Positions 1 through 12,643 of a stretch of DNA of 64,000 bases are shown here, in pieces; position 1 is the stretch's first letter; each line of letters begins with the position of its first letter. The stretch comes from Eledone cirrhosa (taxonomy: Eukaryota), in NCBI GenBank assembly GCA_964016885.1, contig OZ024750.1:36704001-36768000 (forward strand), written 5' to 3'. Under the pieces are notes generated by a model. That model was not told the origin of the DNA. It did not search any database and worked only from the letters and a program-made list of their open reading frames with translations. Position numbers and translations under genes: made by a program.

Positions 1-615
1 TACTCTTGATGCTTTCAGCATCTCAGCAACTATCCATGACAGTCCAATGGCCTTACCATTCTTCATTTCCTTAATTGCCTCTTGTACCCTATAGTCGTCA
101 ATCTTAATAGCTGGTCCCTCTGTCGAGTCTACTGGGGGTAATTTCTCTCTCTCCCATTTGTTCTCCACATTCATCAGTCTCTCATAATGACATTTCCAGG
201 CCTCGTTTTATTTATCATTCGTGACACTAAGTACACTGGCATCATTTCGAACACACTTATCTCCAACAACATCTGATTTACACTGACACACTGTCTTGCA
301 ATGCAGAACACCGCACATCTCTGATCTTCTTGTCGCAGAACATTGGCAAACCTTCTACTCTCAGCTTCCCTGTGTGTTAAGTATACCTGATGCCTAGCCT
401 CTCTTTTAGCGACTGAGTATCGGTTTCTACTCCCCCCATTTTGCCAAGACTTCCATACTAGATTTTTGTCTTTAATCCCTCTATCTACCATGCTGTTCCA
501 CCACCAGGTCAGTTCAGTAGCCTGAAGTAAGTTGTCACATAAGAAATTCAAGTTATCATCTATGTCATACGATTCTAAATCGTCTTCTTTTTCGTCGTAC
601 ACATCTTGAAGGGCT
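1..615 (-). mobile_element. Degenerate RTE-clade LINE fragment (region between endonuclease and RT)
   Basis: Minus strand gives TWWWNSMVDRGIKDK...AKREAR and, in another frame, PAIKIDDYRVQEAIKEMKNGKA...AEMLKA, typical of RTE ORF2; frameshifted. Confidence 0.7.
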
Positions 616-722
616 TTCCAGTTTGTTTATTTTCCATGCTTGAATGGATTAGATAGGTTTTCACATTGTGAGGCTCGACAAGTCAGGTCAGCTCCTCTCA
701 TTCACATATTCCATTCTAGCGT

Positions 723-1220
723 GGTTTCTACAGCTGGATGCCCTCCCTAATGCCAACTACATCACAGCATGTACTGGGAGAAGGGTTTCTACAGCTGGAT
801 GCCCTCCCTAGTGCCAACTACATCACAGCATGTACTGGGAGCAGGGTTTCTACAGCTGGATGCCCTCCCTAATGCCAACCACATCACAGCATGTACTGGG
901 AGCAGGCTTTCTACAGCTGGATGCCCTCTCTAATGCCAACTACATCACAGCATGTACTGGGAGCAGGCTTTCTACAGCTGGATGCCCTCTCTAATGCCAA
1001 CTACATCACAGCATGTACTGGGATCAGGGTTTCTACAGCTGGATGCCCTCCCTAATGCCAACCACATCACAGCATGTACTGGGAGCATGGTTTTTACAGC
1101 TGGATTCCCTCACTAATACCAACCACATCACAGCATGTACTGGAAGCAGGGTTTCTACAGCTGGATTCCCTCCCTAATGCCAACCACATCACAGCATGTA
1201 CTGGGAGCAGGGTTTCTACC
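723..1220. repeat. 61-bp minisatellite (~8 copies) amplified from the SINE/RTE-tail body
   Basis: Unit ggtttctacagctggatgccctccctaatgccaac(t/c)acatcacagcatgtactgggagcag starts at 723, 784, 845 ... 1211. The same ctacagctggatgcccttcctaacaccaac core occurs in dispersed SINEs. Confidence 0.9.
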
Positions 1221-2304
1221 TGTTGCCCTAAAACCAACCACACCACTATGTACTACATGTGTTTTATCATGACATCAGCACTTCCAGACAGAATGGTCTG
1301 GGTGATTTTTATCATAATTCTAGCACTACTACTTTACAGAGTGGACTAAGTGCTTTTTATTTTGATACCAGTCTTGTTTCATAACATGACAATTTATCTA
1401 ACCCAAGGTGGGCAAACTTTTTGGATCGGGGTCCACATTGACTGGGTCATGAACACCAGAGGGCCGAACCATTTATTACTTTTCTTCAGTTAGAATTTAG
1501 AAAATATAAAGATGTTAAACGAAGATGATGATGATGATGAAACTGCTTCATTATAATTCATAAATTAATAAAATGATTAAATACAAAATCTTAAAACAAA
1601 ATTTTCTTTAATTTGTGTCTGTATATCACAAAATATACCAGAACAAGCGATTTAATGAGACAAATGCAACTAGTCACAATTTGTTAAGATTTGTTGTGCC
1701 TGTTATTTGAAATAAAATGGTCACACTTGCCCTCTGTCTCTCTGTTTTCTCTGTTTTCTCCCGTACAAAAATGTAATTATATCTAGTCTCGGCTTAAGTA
1801 TTATATACAAAATATGTTTATTTTATTTATTTTTTTTTTTTATTATTAATTCACCGAATGCTTCCACAGGCCTCACAAAACTCTTTAGTGGTCTAATCCT
1901 GATCTAACCCATGCAAACATGGAAAATAGATGTCAAACAGTAATGATGGTGACAACTCACAAACATGCAAACTTATATTTTATATAAATGTGAATGAATG
2001 TGCAAGTGTTTAGCGATCTGTATATGCATGATACTACATATGATTAGCTGTGTGTATTATTACAAACACTGTACAGAAGACAGAAGTTGATGAGTATAAA
2101 TATATACATGGAATAAGTAGACGAAGAAGAAAAATTAGTAATTATATTTAACTCTTCCAAGACAACATTTCTAATGTGTCGAATGTCTATCTGTTTTAAT
2201 TAATTTTCAATAATGATTAAAAATAATATAATTAAGATATTGAAAGTGATTACTAAAATATCTGTAACTTTATATACTGATGTATCCTGATGTTTCTGAA
2301 CAAC

Positions 2305-2590
2305 GGACAACATTCTTTATGGCATAGAGTTATGGCCTTTTACGATCTTAGTTCAAATCCTGCTGAGGTTAGCTTTGCCTTTCGTTATTGCAATTTTGCC
2401 TTTCATTCTCACGGGGTCGATGAAATAAAGTACCAGTAATGCACTGGGTAATTGCTGGCCTTGTGCCAAAAGTAGAAACAATTATTGCAAGGTCAATAAA
2501 ATAAAGATCCAGTAATGTACTGGGGTTCATTTAATCGACTTTCCTGTCCTCCAAATTGTTGACCTTGTACTTAAATCAGAAACCAATATT
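2305..2590 (+). mobile_element. SINE family B, rearranged/partial copies
   Basis: gttcaaatcc B-box, tttgcctttcat...ggggtcgat..aaataaagtaccag body, ggccttgtgccaaaagtagaaacaattatt tail. Confidence 0.75.
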
Positions 2591-2639
2591 ATTTGTTGTC
2601 ATATTTTTCTTGAGATTTTAATTTAACCCTTTCATGACT

Positions 2640-3010
2640 GCAATACACTCTAGAAAGCTAGCGAATGACTCCCCTCCTATTGAGATGGGAATCTCCCCTC
2701 CCACTTCTGAAGCCCTCCTTCCTGGCTCAGAAGCACCATGGGTCCAGTGGAAGACACTCAACCGCCTGAGAACAGGAATGGGGCGATCAAAAGCTGCTAT
2801 GGCCAGATGGGGCTACGAGACCGGGGCCCAACCATCTGCGAATGTGGAGAGGAGGACCATACTATGCAGCACTGCCTTGTTTGCCCTCTACTGCCCAACC
2901 AGTGCAGCTTAAAAGATCTCGCAGAATTTAATAATAATGCAAAGGACTGTGTAAAGAAATGGGAAACTGTCGTATAACCACATGCTTCGAAGATACGAAA
3001 AGAAGAAGAC
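2640..3010 (+). mobile_element. 3' end of a non-LTR retrotransposon (Ingi/Vingi-like C-terminal Zn motif), frameshifted
   Basis: WKTLNRLRTGMGRSKAAMARWGY followed in another frame by CECGEEDHTMQHCLVCP; ends in a short GAA-rich tail. Clade assignment tentative. Confidence 0.65.
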
Positions 3011-3573
3011 GAATGAAGAATTTCAAGGGATTTACTAAAATTATTAATTATTTCATTAATAAGTTAAGTTAGTAACTTAATGTAAGGTTCTTATTTTATA
3101 GAACCAGAGCCAGTTTTGGCTGGGTTGGAAACATTTTAGTATAGTTTTATTACAAAAAGGTTAGTGTTAATAGAGTTAACTGACATTTTATATGAATAAT
3201 TGTAAGTGCAAATAGTCAACTGAGGAGTTTGCAGTTCATAAGCTGTCATTGATGCAGTTTGTATTATAGTCATGGTCATCCAACCATGAAAACCTGAGAC
3301 TTTTAAAAGAAAAACCACCATTCAGGTGATTTTCTGCTAGCATGTGTACTGTTCATATTGATATTATGCGCAAATATATATGCATATAGATATGATACAT
3401 CAAATGAAATCGTCATTGAATGAAGTTTGTGTTACACTCTCTTATGTAATCAGTAAAGTAATCCATGATTCATTAAAAAGAAGATGATATTATATATAAA
3501 CTGCATATATAATAAACTAAAATGTTATGAAAATAAAAAAGTAGAAATTTGCGACTTAACATAAACCTTATAT

Positions 3574-3768
3574 CACCTCCACGACCACTTTGCAGTGGAA
3601 TGATAGGGACCCCAGTCCCGATCATCTCATTTCTACAGCTGAGAAAACTGGAGCAATGTGAAATAAAGTGTCTTGCTCAAGGAAACAACACATCACCCGG
3701 TCTGAGAATTGAACTCACAACCTTTCGATTGCAAGCCCAATGCTCTAACCATTAAGCCATGCGCCTCC
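3574..3768 (-). mobile_element. tRNA-derived SINE family A, 5' part
   Basis: Reverse complement of the ggaggcgcatggctta.tggttagagc...gagttcaattctc...ccttgagcaagacacttt head. Confidence 0.85.
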
Positions 3769-3979
3769 ATATATAACAATACATATATATGAACGGTTAT
3801 ACAAGCGATGTAATAAGTGTTATACTATTTACGTTTAATCAAGAGCTACGAAATTTAGTAGATAAATTACATAATATTTATTCATTATTTATTCAAAGTA
3901 ATCCAACTTATTTTACTAATGGGATTAAAAATTATAAAACAGATGCTGTCCTGTATTCCTCCCTTTAATATATTATAGA

Positions 3980-5105
3980 TTGTTGTTTCTGTTAGAGTCA
4001 TGGTCACTCAACCATGAAAACCTGAGACTTTTTAACTCCTAATTGTTGTTGCTGTTAGAGTCAAGGTCACTCAACCATGAAACCTGTGACTTTTTAACTC
4101 CTAATTGTTGTTTCTGTTAGAGTCATGGTCACTCAACCATGAAAACCGGAGACTTTTAACTGTAAATTGTTGTTTCTGTTAGAGTCATGGTCACTCAACC
4201 ATGGAAACCTGTGACTTTTTAACTCCTAATTGTTGTTTCTGTTAGAGTCAAGGTCACTCAACCATGAAACCTGTGACTTTTTAACTCCTAATTGTTGTTT
4301 CTGTTAGAGTCATGGTCACTCAACCATGAAAACCGGAGACTTTTAACTGTAAATTGTTGTTTCTGTTAGAGTCATGGTCACTCAACCATGGAAACCTGTG
4401 ACTTTTTAACTCCTAATTGTTGTTTCTGTTAGAGTCAAGGTCACTCAACCATGAAACCTGAGACTTTTAACTGTAAATTGTTGTTTCTGTTAGAGTAATG
4501 GTCACTCAACCATGAAACCTGAGACTTTTTAACTGTAAATTGTTGTTTCTGTTAGAGTCATGGTCACTCAACCATGAAACCTGTGACTTTTTAACTCCTA
4601 ATTGTTGTTGCTGTTAGAGTCAAGGTCACTGAACCATGAAACCTGTGACTTTTTAACTCCTAATTGTTGTTTCTATTAGAGTCATGGTCACTCAACCATG
4701 AAACCTGTGACTTTTAAACTCCTAATTGTTGTTTCTGTTAGAGTCATGGTCACTCAACCATGAAACCTGAGACTTTTTAACTGTAAATTGTTGTTTCTGT
4801 TAGAGTCATGGTCACTGAACCATGAATCCTGTGACTTTTTAACTCCTAATTGTTGTTTCTGTTAGAGTCATGGTCCCTCAACCATGAAACCTGAGACTTT
4901 ATAACTGTAAATTGTTGTTTCTGTTAGAGTCATGGTCACTCAACCATGAAACCTGTGACTTGTAAACTCCTAATTGTTGTTTCTGTTGGAGTCAAGGTCA
5001 CTCAACCATGAAACCTGTGACTTTTTAACTTCTAATTGTTGTTTCTGTTAGAGTCATGGTCACTCAACCATGAAAACCTGAGACTTTTTAACTCTAAATT
5101 GTTGT
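3980..5105. repeat. 62-bp minisatellite, ~18 copies, with internal hairpin
   Basis: Unit ttgttgtttctgttagagtcatggtcactcaaccatgaaacctg(t/a)gactttttaact(cct/gta)aa, no spacers. A solo monomer-like copy lies at ~3268-3306. Confidence 0.95.
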
Positions 5106-5464
5106 TTCAATTGTGGTCGCAGTCACCCAACTGTGAAAGTCGAAGACATGTTTAACACTAAAGTGTTCTTAATTTTCTTCTGAAATATTGTTTCACAGGC
5201 AGCATTATCTAATGCATCCAATTATTCAATGATATACTGTGATTTGGGTTTGAGGGCAATTCAGCAGCTATTTCTAGTAGACCAAGGAATTTGTAGAGGT
5301 TCTTTCAATGGTTCATTGCCTTCTTTTTAAGTAGGAGCAATTGGTGCTATGGTTTGCCACTGTAAGAAATACTAAGACTGGAACTGGTATTTTTTGTGAA
5401 CCACTAATTGTGATACTTTGTGGTACTTTGTGTTGTAAGGAAATTTACCTTACAGCTCAATTAA

Positions 5465-5975
5465 CCCTTTATCATTTACATTACTCTATATATACTATTG
5501 TATTTTCACAGTAAAGGCTTTACCTCACATAATATCTCACATAACATTCACATTACTCTATATATACTATTGTATTTTCACAGTAAAGGCTTTACCTCAC
5601 ATAATATCTCACATAACATTCACATTACTCTATATATACTATTGTATTTTCACAGTAAAGGCTTTACCTCACATAATATCTCATATAACATTTACATTAC
5701 TCTATATATACTATTGTATTTTCTTAGTAAAGGCTTTACTTCACATAATATCTCACATAACATTTACATTACTCTATATATACTATTGTATTTTCTTGGT
5801 AAAGGCTTTACCTCACATAATATCTCACATAACATTTACATTACTCTATATATACTATTGTATTTTCTTAGTAAAGGCTTTACTTCACATAATATCACAT
5901 CTATAAGATTGTGATATTTATTTTGAGAACAATACCTTAAGATCAGTATGAGCGGCTGGTTATGGCCCGTTTGTA
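5465..5975 (+). mobile_element. piggyBac-like MITE (family D) with an internal 72-bp tandem expansion (~6 copies, 5474-5895)
   Basis: Starts TTAA-CCCTTT and matches MITEs at 15511, 15951, 30280 and 35462. The 72-bp unit produces the repetitive 5498..5914 ORF. Confidence 0.75.
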
Positions 5976-6298
5976 AAGTAGTTGGTAAAAAAAAGTGACA
6001 ATGTAGTATTGATAAGATCATGACATCCTCTCTAGTACTGGTCCCATGTTGAACTATACACACTAGATTCTGGGAAGGTTATGGTGTTAAGAACCACAGA
6101 CACTCTAGTAGACAATGGAATGTATAAAGGAAATGTTGTCCCTGGTTTGGATCATGAAAATTCTTTTAACATATGGGAAACTTGAGATGAGGGTAAGGAA
6201 GATGAGTAGAGTTTAAAAAACACAAGTCAGCAAAATTGATGACAATTAACTAAGGTTACCACTGGTGAGGTTATAATTGTTTTCGTTAATTCAATCAA

Positions 6299-6560
6299 CT
6301 TCTTTTTCTTTTTCCTTTTCTTTTTCTTTTTCTTTTTCTTTTTCTTTTTCTTCTTCTTTTTCTTCTTCTTCTTTTTCTTCTTCTTCTTGTTCTTCATCTT
6401 GTTCTTTTTCTTTTTCTTCTTCTTCTTTTTCTTCTTCTTTTTCTTTTTCTTCTTCTTCTTTTTCTTTTTCTTCTTGTTCTTGTTCTTGTTCTTCTTTTTC
6501 TTTTTCTGTTTCTTTTTCAGTTTCTTTTTCTTCTTTTTCTTTTTCTTCTTTTTTTTCTTC
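6299..6560. repeat. Polypyrimidine (TTC/TTTTTC) low-complexity tract
   Basis: Direct reading; source of the poly-K/E/F/S ORFs. Confidence 0.95.
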
Positions 6561-6971
6561 TCCCCCCCCCCCCTCCTCATGTTGGCAAAGTTCGCAAAAA
6601 CTCCTTCCAGCAGGTCCTATCACAAGAAATCCTCTCTAGTAGATCTGATTGGGTCCCTAAGCGAGGCCAGCTGAGCTCATGGATGTTATCGAAACATCTT
6701 GCTCAAAGTCTGACCCTGGGTCTCTTGCCTGCTGGCTTTGCCCGTAAATCTGTCCATGTTAGTATATTTAATATGCAAGGATTAAGTATAAAAAATAAAA
6801 ATAAATTAAATATGGAAACACATTAAAGTCAAATCAATTTATATCTTGGATTGATATTTTTTTTGTTTTATTGTAGGAATCTTGCTTGGTTGCTAAATTC
6901 TGCATCAGACATATCAGATGGCTGTATTTGATTGGCGTTTGTTAGCGGAGCTGTGGATGTGCTGGTAGGAG

Positions 6972-7370
6972 CCAGCCCAACACATTCCAGAACCCAACTT
7001 AACACATCCCAGAATACAGCTTAACACATTCCTGAACCCAGCCCAAAACATTCCTGAACCAATTTCAACATATGATCGAATCAAGCTCAACATTTATGAA
7101 CCCAACTCAACACATCCCCAAACCAAGCTCAACACATCTCTGAATCCAGCCCAATACATCCCTGAAGCCAACTCAAGACTTTTCCGAGTCCAGCTCAACA
7201 TTTATGAACCGAGCTGAACACTTTTAAACCCAGTTCAACACATCCCTGAACCAAGCTCAACACATCCAAGGACCCAGCTCGTCACATGTCTTAAACTAGC
7301 TCAACACATTCCTGGACCCAGCTCAGCACTTCCAAACCTAGCTCAGCACATTCCTGAACCTTGCTCAGCA
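6972..7370. repeat. Degenerate ~21-bp tandem repeat (cccagctcaacacat(t/c)cctgaa)
   Basis: Many imperfect copies visible; the reading frames I translated contain stops. Confidence 0.8.
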
Positions 7371-8468
7371 GATAGGTTTGTTGAAATATTTGCTGTATTT
7401 TATTAACATCCATTATTGTTAACACTTTGTTGAATATCAAATGTTACACAACACATGTAATCATAAAGCAGACAGAAAAAAAAAGAGAATTTAAGCTGTA
7501 TTTATTTGAAATGCTTGTTTGCTGCCAGACTCTTTTTCATTGTTTTGTTTTTGTACTAACCAAACTCATAAAGTTTCTTTTGAATTTGATTATCTTAGAA
7601 GTCTGAATTTAAAAATACCCTCCATTGCTATTGATCAAATCCATGTAGCTTGTTTTCAGAAATATTTTGAATATTTTTAAATATGATAAAAGGAAGAAAA
7701 GATTATTTGAGACGATAATACAGAAACTATTTAACTAAGAACAAAAGATATATTAAGATCTTAACTGTGATAAGAAATAAAATGAAGAAATCAAAAATAT
7801 TTTATAAATTGTCAATTTAATGTGTGAGGATTATCTGAAAGGCTTTTGATTGTTACATCAGAGGGTCATCATCTTTCTATGATCATTGTTTGAAAGTAAT
7901 AATTGTATAAGAAATTCATTTGCAGAATGTATAGATAATAAACTCTACAGAATTCTTCAGATATAAGATCTGACAATTTGTCGCATGTTCATTTATGAAA
8001 TCTATAGAACCAATTATTATCATGGAAGTGACATTACTAGCTGTTAATAATAATGTCTGTAATATGATAATTATCAGCCTGAGCAACATAAAGCATCAAC
8101 AACAGCGCTATTTAACTAATATGACAGCTATATATTAGCAATGGCAGTAATTGCAGTTTTGCTAATGACAGTAGCTGTTAAAGCTGCGTATATTATTCTA
8201 TAAAGGATTGGGCTAGATTACAACTGGAAATGACATTGTTATTAATATTTGTGTAAGATTTGGCCAAAGATATTAATACAATAATCTCTGCTACAGAAGA
8301 CATGGAACTTAGACACAGGTAAGATCACCATTCAATCGTATTGTTCACGTATTTTCTCCAATTTCTGAGTTTAAAATATTTGCTGATATTGACATTACAG
8401 CTGCAGTTGATGTTGACACCAAATCATTTTATTTGTAACATCTCTCCCTCTCTCTTTCAATCCCCCTC

Positions 8469-8504
<36 letters not shown>

Positions 8505-8515
8505 ATATATATATA

Positions 8516-9513
8516 GTCTCGCTGACCGAGCTGCAGTCCTGGGTCAAGCAAAGACCGAGGAAAATGGGCGACTGGCACATCGAGTGTGCTCAGGCATTCA
8601 CAACCCTCTGGCAGGCGGACCCGGCGATCAGTGGAAACTCCACTTAGTCATTCTATTGAGGGTTGATCCGCAGTAAGTGCGACGACGTGCTCGGAGAAAC
8701 TCTAGGCGTAGAGGAAGACGAACTGGCCAGTCTGTTCGGTAGGACCTTCCGCCCGGGACCGATGGACAATTTCCAAAAGTCCTTGGCCTGGCAGTGCTAC
8801 TGAGGAGCGCTACCAGTTCGAGACAAGCTCTACAGACATGGACGCCCGGGCAGGGACCCTTCGAAAAAGATCTGTCCAAGGTGCGTGCGAGATGAAGAAA
8901 CCGTCGTGCACGCATTCATACAATGCCCGGGCATTACCGACCTGTGGGGCTATGTAGAACGACTATTGTCGCGGGTGGGACCAATCCGGTTGACCACTGA
9001 GTCCATTGTCATGATCAAACCGCCACCCTCCTTCAGAAACGAAGGAGAGGCGGTTTTCCTTTGTGTGATAGCTATGGCGAAAGAGGTTGTATGGTGGACA
9101 AGGTTGAAAGGGCTGAGGTCAGACACCTTTCTCTCTGGCCAACAACTGATTCTTTTTTTCAAATACCACTTTAGAAGAAGAATCAGGATGGAGAGAAAGG
9201 TGCTGTACCCCAGCAAGTTTTATGAAAGGTGGGTGAAAGTGGCAAGAATGGCCTTCTCTCTATATCAGCCTGTAGGTTGAGGAAAAAGAGGAAGAGAGGA
9301 AAGGGGTACAAACTCTTCGTACTCCTGGAGATGAGGGTTGCACATTTTTTTCGGGGGTATGTGTTACCCATATGTAATGTCTCCCCCTATTGTGGAAAAT
9401 TGATTAACTTTTAAATTGTATTTGTGATAGTATTTTACACGCTTTTATTGTATGTAAACCTCCCCATTTGTATTTGTCCCCTTCTTTTGTGCCCCTGTAG
9501 CTAATAAAGAAAC
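8516..9513 (+). mobile_element. 5'-truncated L1/Tx1-clade LINE 3' end
   Basis: GALPVRDKLYRH...CPRCVRDEETVVHAFIQCP (zf-RVT-like motif), in-frame stop present, T-rich 3' UTR, AATAAA at 9503; both flanks are TA/TC microsatellite. Confidence 0.8.
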
Positions 9514-9548
9514 ATATCTATATATATATATATATAGAGAGAGAGGGA

Positions 9549-9882
9549 GGGAGGCATGGTTTAATGGTTAAAGTGTTGGATTCACAATCGTGAGGTTGTG
9601 AGTTTGATTTTGGGACTGGGTGATTGCATTGTGTTTTTGAACAAGACACTTTATTTCAAGTTGCTCCTGATTACTCAGTAGAAATGAGTTGTGACATCCT
9701 AGTCCCAAACTGTATCGGTCATTATCTTTCCCTTGGACAACATCGGTGTCATGGAGAGGGGGAGAATCGTATGCATGGATGATTGCTGGTCTTCCACAAA
9801 CAACTTTGCCCAGACTTGTGCCTCCAAAGGGAAACTTTCTAGGTGCAAAAATCATGGTCATTCGTGACTGAAGGGGGTCTTT
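9549..9882 (+). mobile_element. Older tRNA-derived SINE related to family A (different 3' half)
   Basis: ggaggcatggtttaatggttaaagtg head and aacaagacactttatttc central block. Confidence 0.65.
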
Positions 9883-9922
9883 TTATATATATATAAAGAC
9901 CCCATATCTTTATATATATATA

Positions 9923-10245
9923 TGTGGCTTAGTGGTTAGAGCATTGGCCTTGCAATCGAAAGATTGTGAGTTCAATTCTCAGACCGGGTGATGTGTTGTT
10001 TCCTTGAGCAAGACACTTTATTTCACATTGCTCCAGTTTACTCAGCTGTAGAAATGAGATGATAGGGACTGGGGTCCATATCATTCCACTGCAAAGTGGT
10101 CGTGTAAGCGCCATGGCAAAAAAGCACCCAGCACTCACTGTAAATGAGGTTGGTGTTAGGAAGGGCATCCTGCTGTAGAAATCAAGCTAAAATCAGTTGC
10201 CGTCCCACCCTTGCAAGCAGGGATAAGCAGACGTAAAATGATGAG
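9923..10245 (+). mobile_element. SINE family A, near full length
   Basis: A-box tggcttagtgg, B-box gagttcaattc, ccttgagcaagacacttt core, RTE-type tail ending cgtaaaatgatga. Confidence 0.9.
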
Positions 10246-10269
10246 TCATGATTCATATATATATATATA

Positions 10270-10860
10270 TCAGTTCAATTTACCACTCTCACTTACCATC
10301 ACCAATATCTACTGATGTCCAACATTTTTTTTCATATCCAATAGCAACAGCCTCTACCATTAACCATTCACTTACCCACATGATATTTGTTACTCTCATT
10401 GACGTACCTCAATTCACCCTCATTGCTATCCCATCATGCTGCTCTGCCTTCTTATCACATTGTTCCCCCTATAACACTCATAGGTTTAGTCTCCCTTCTT
10501 TCATACTCATAGTCATCATCAGCTTCTGGGATAAAAGATAAGAGGATTTCCTCCACCAATTGCAGAGCATTGACTAATGGAGCTCTTGGAATGGCAGTCA
10601 CTGGCTTATGTGGTTTCCCCCATCATTGGGGGGAGGGGGGCAGTTTGTTTTTAGTTCCTCAGGGTAGTAAGCTTTTAAGCAACTTTTCCTGCCACATGTA
10701 TAATAACTTGGCCCTCTACCTTCCTCTGATAGTCCCCATGGTTTAGTTTCTGCACTGACGATGGGGCATAGCTCAGGAATAGCACTGTGTCCTTGAGTTG
10801 TCATAAAACCTTGTAAGTCAATGCTGCCTCTGTTCCTGATTATGATCTCCTCCACTCACC
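10270..10860 (-). pseudogene. Possible decayed LTR-retrotransposon gag/protease relic
   Basis: GPSYYTCGRKSCLKAYYP resembles a degraded CCHC knuckle; weak protease-like VEAV/LLD text downstream. Confidence 0.25.
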
Positions 10861-11974
10861 ATACTGATAAAGAGAAGTCAGAGGTTAATATCTCTACTAA
10901 TTCCCCTGACTCTCACCTTTGTTGTGTTTTGCTAACCCATGTGTTAAGGTCTGTGTCAGTAAGTGGCTGTTTCATGAATTGTCACTGCCTTACATTCTGT
11001 TTCAGCTTCTATCTTGAAGGGCGAATCAATAATACTCTATACCATACTTCAGTCAGAGGAGGTGATGTTGCTTTACATGTCATTCTAAGAGAAAACTGTT
11101 CTTTTTTCATTTGTAATTCTATTTGACAAAGTATTTGTTGTTATTGAATGACATATTAACGTCACTGTCAATGCTGAAAGAATCATTTTTTTTTTTTTTA
11201 TTATATGTTTAGAAGTTTCTGTGTTTCTACAAAATATTCATTTTCATATTTTTTCTTGTTTAGTATTTCCAAAGATATTTTTATTTTTCTTGAATTCTTG
11301 AAACCCTCCATCTCCACCATTATTAAAGGCAACAGAAATCAAACTAAGTTGAAATAAAAAATATTTGAAAAATAAATTATATGATTTTTTGCCTCAAAAG
11401 GACAAAATAAATGCAAACATTTTGCAATAGTATACATATTTCTAAGCATGAATCCAAGTTAAGAATTCTACGTCATGAGAACTAAAAAAAATACATGTTT
11501 TGATACTTCTCTTCTTCACCTACATATTCCTGGGAGTGTTGTAGGGGCAGAGTGCTCAAGCACACGTTCCAGCAGGTCAGAAGTAGCTGTCTCAAATTGA
11601 TCTGGCTAGAACTTCAAACAAGACCAGCCGAGCTCATGCATGTTATCCACCCATCCCGCTTGTTGTTTACCCCTGTGTCTCATTCTAGCCACATGTATGT
11701 AGTATAGGCACTGTGATCTCTCAATTCAGAGTGGTTGATAGTATATAGTTTCCACCATTTATCTAGACACATATTAGGGTATTTATATAGAGATTTCAGG
11801 TTAACAAGACTCACCATCGATCCAATACTCCTGCAGAACTTTCCACAACAGGTCTATGAAACAAGCATACATACTTTGGTAATATTCCCATGCTTTCTCA
11901 AAGAATTGCTACTGTTTTGACTCTACAAGAACAAAAATTTAAAAAATAATTCTTTCAGGGTATAGAGATACAAT

Positions 11975-12205
11975 TAGGTGACACTAAAACTCAGCACCAG
12001 TCCCTCAATGATGCAGGCCCAGGTGGAGTGGATGGTGGATGATCGTTCCCTTGTGTGTGGTGGGACCCATGTGTAGGACACATTGTGATCCCAGCTGACA
12101 GAATGGAGAAAATCTTGCCCTGGAGAATGGCAAGAGAGACATATTGAAATAGCCATTCCAACTCCTGGGGCTCACTTCTGCACATTTCCAACTCCATTTG
12201 ATAGA
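11975..12205 (-). mobile_element. 3' end of a CRE-like (RLE) non-LTR element; second copy at ~50790-51030
   Basis: ELEWLFQYVSLAILQGKIFSIL resembles the CRE-clade C-terminus (FQRxSxAxQRGNAxSxL); the two loci share clear nucleotide similarity. Confidence 0.5.
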
Positions 12206-12226
12206 AACTTTTACTTTCATGAGAAA

Positions 12227-12360
12227 ATAATTGTTTCTACTTTTGGCACAAGGCCAGCAATTATCCCAGTGTATTACTGGTACCTTATTTTATCGACTCC
12301 GTAAGGGTGAAAGGCAAAGTTAACCTCGGCGGGATTTGAACTCAGTCCGTAAAGGGATGA
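12227..12360 (-). mobile_element. SINE family B, 5'-truncated
   Basis: aataattgtttctacttttggcacaaggcc...gggatttgaactcag. Confidence 0.85.
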
Positions 12361-12643
12361 GAAAATAATATGCTTCATCAAACTTTTTTTACCATAGAGT
12401 TATAATATGGTAACATATCTGCCCAGCAAGCACGAAGGTATGGGTTCAGGTCCCTCAGGTGCTAATGTCCATATTTTTTCCCAATAACTGTTATTTAGAA
12501 TATTTTTTCTATAGTAAAAAATCAAAAATAATTCAATGAGGCTTATATATAACTTTCTCACAAATTTTTAATTTGTCTGATCGTTTCTTAACACCAGTTT
12601 CTAACTTTTACCGTTGTTTTGGTGTTGATTTGTTAGAAATTAC

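Noticed and set aside
3980-5105. Regular hairpin-containing repeats resembling a CRISPR array or tandem hammerheads
   Set aside because: No unique spacers, no cas genes, eukaryotic context; ctgttaga...gaaac lacks a true CUGANGA core and stem I.
5498-5914. 138-aa ORF with 24-aa repeats
   Set aside because: 72-bp tandem expansion of a non-coding MITE end; non-ATG start.
6227-6674. Poly-Lys/Glu/Phe ORFs
   Set aside because: Polypyrimidine tract.
9929-10168. Recurring ORF PIISFLQLSKLEQCEIKCLAQG suggesting a gene family
   Set aside because: Antisense translation of SINE A copies.
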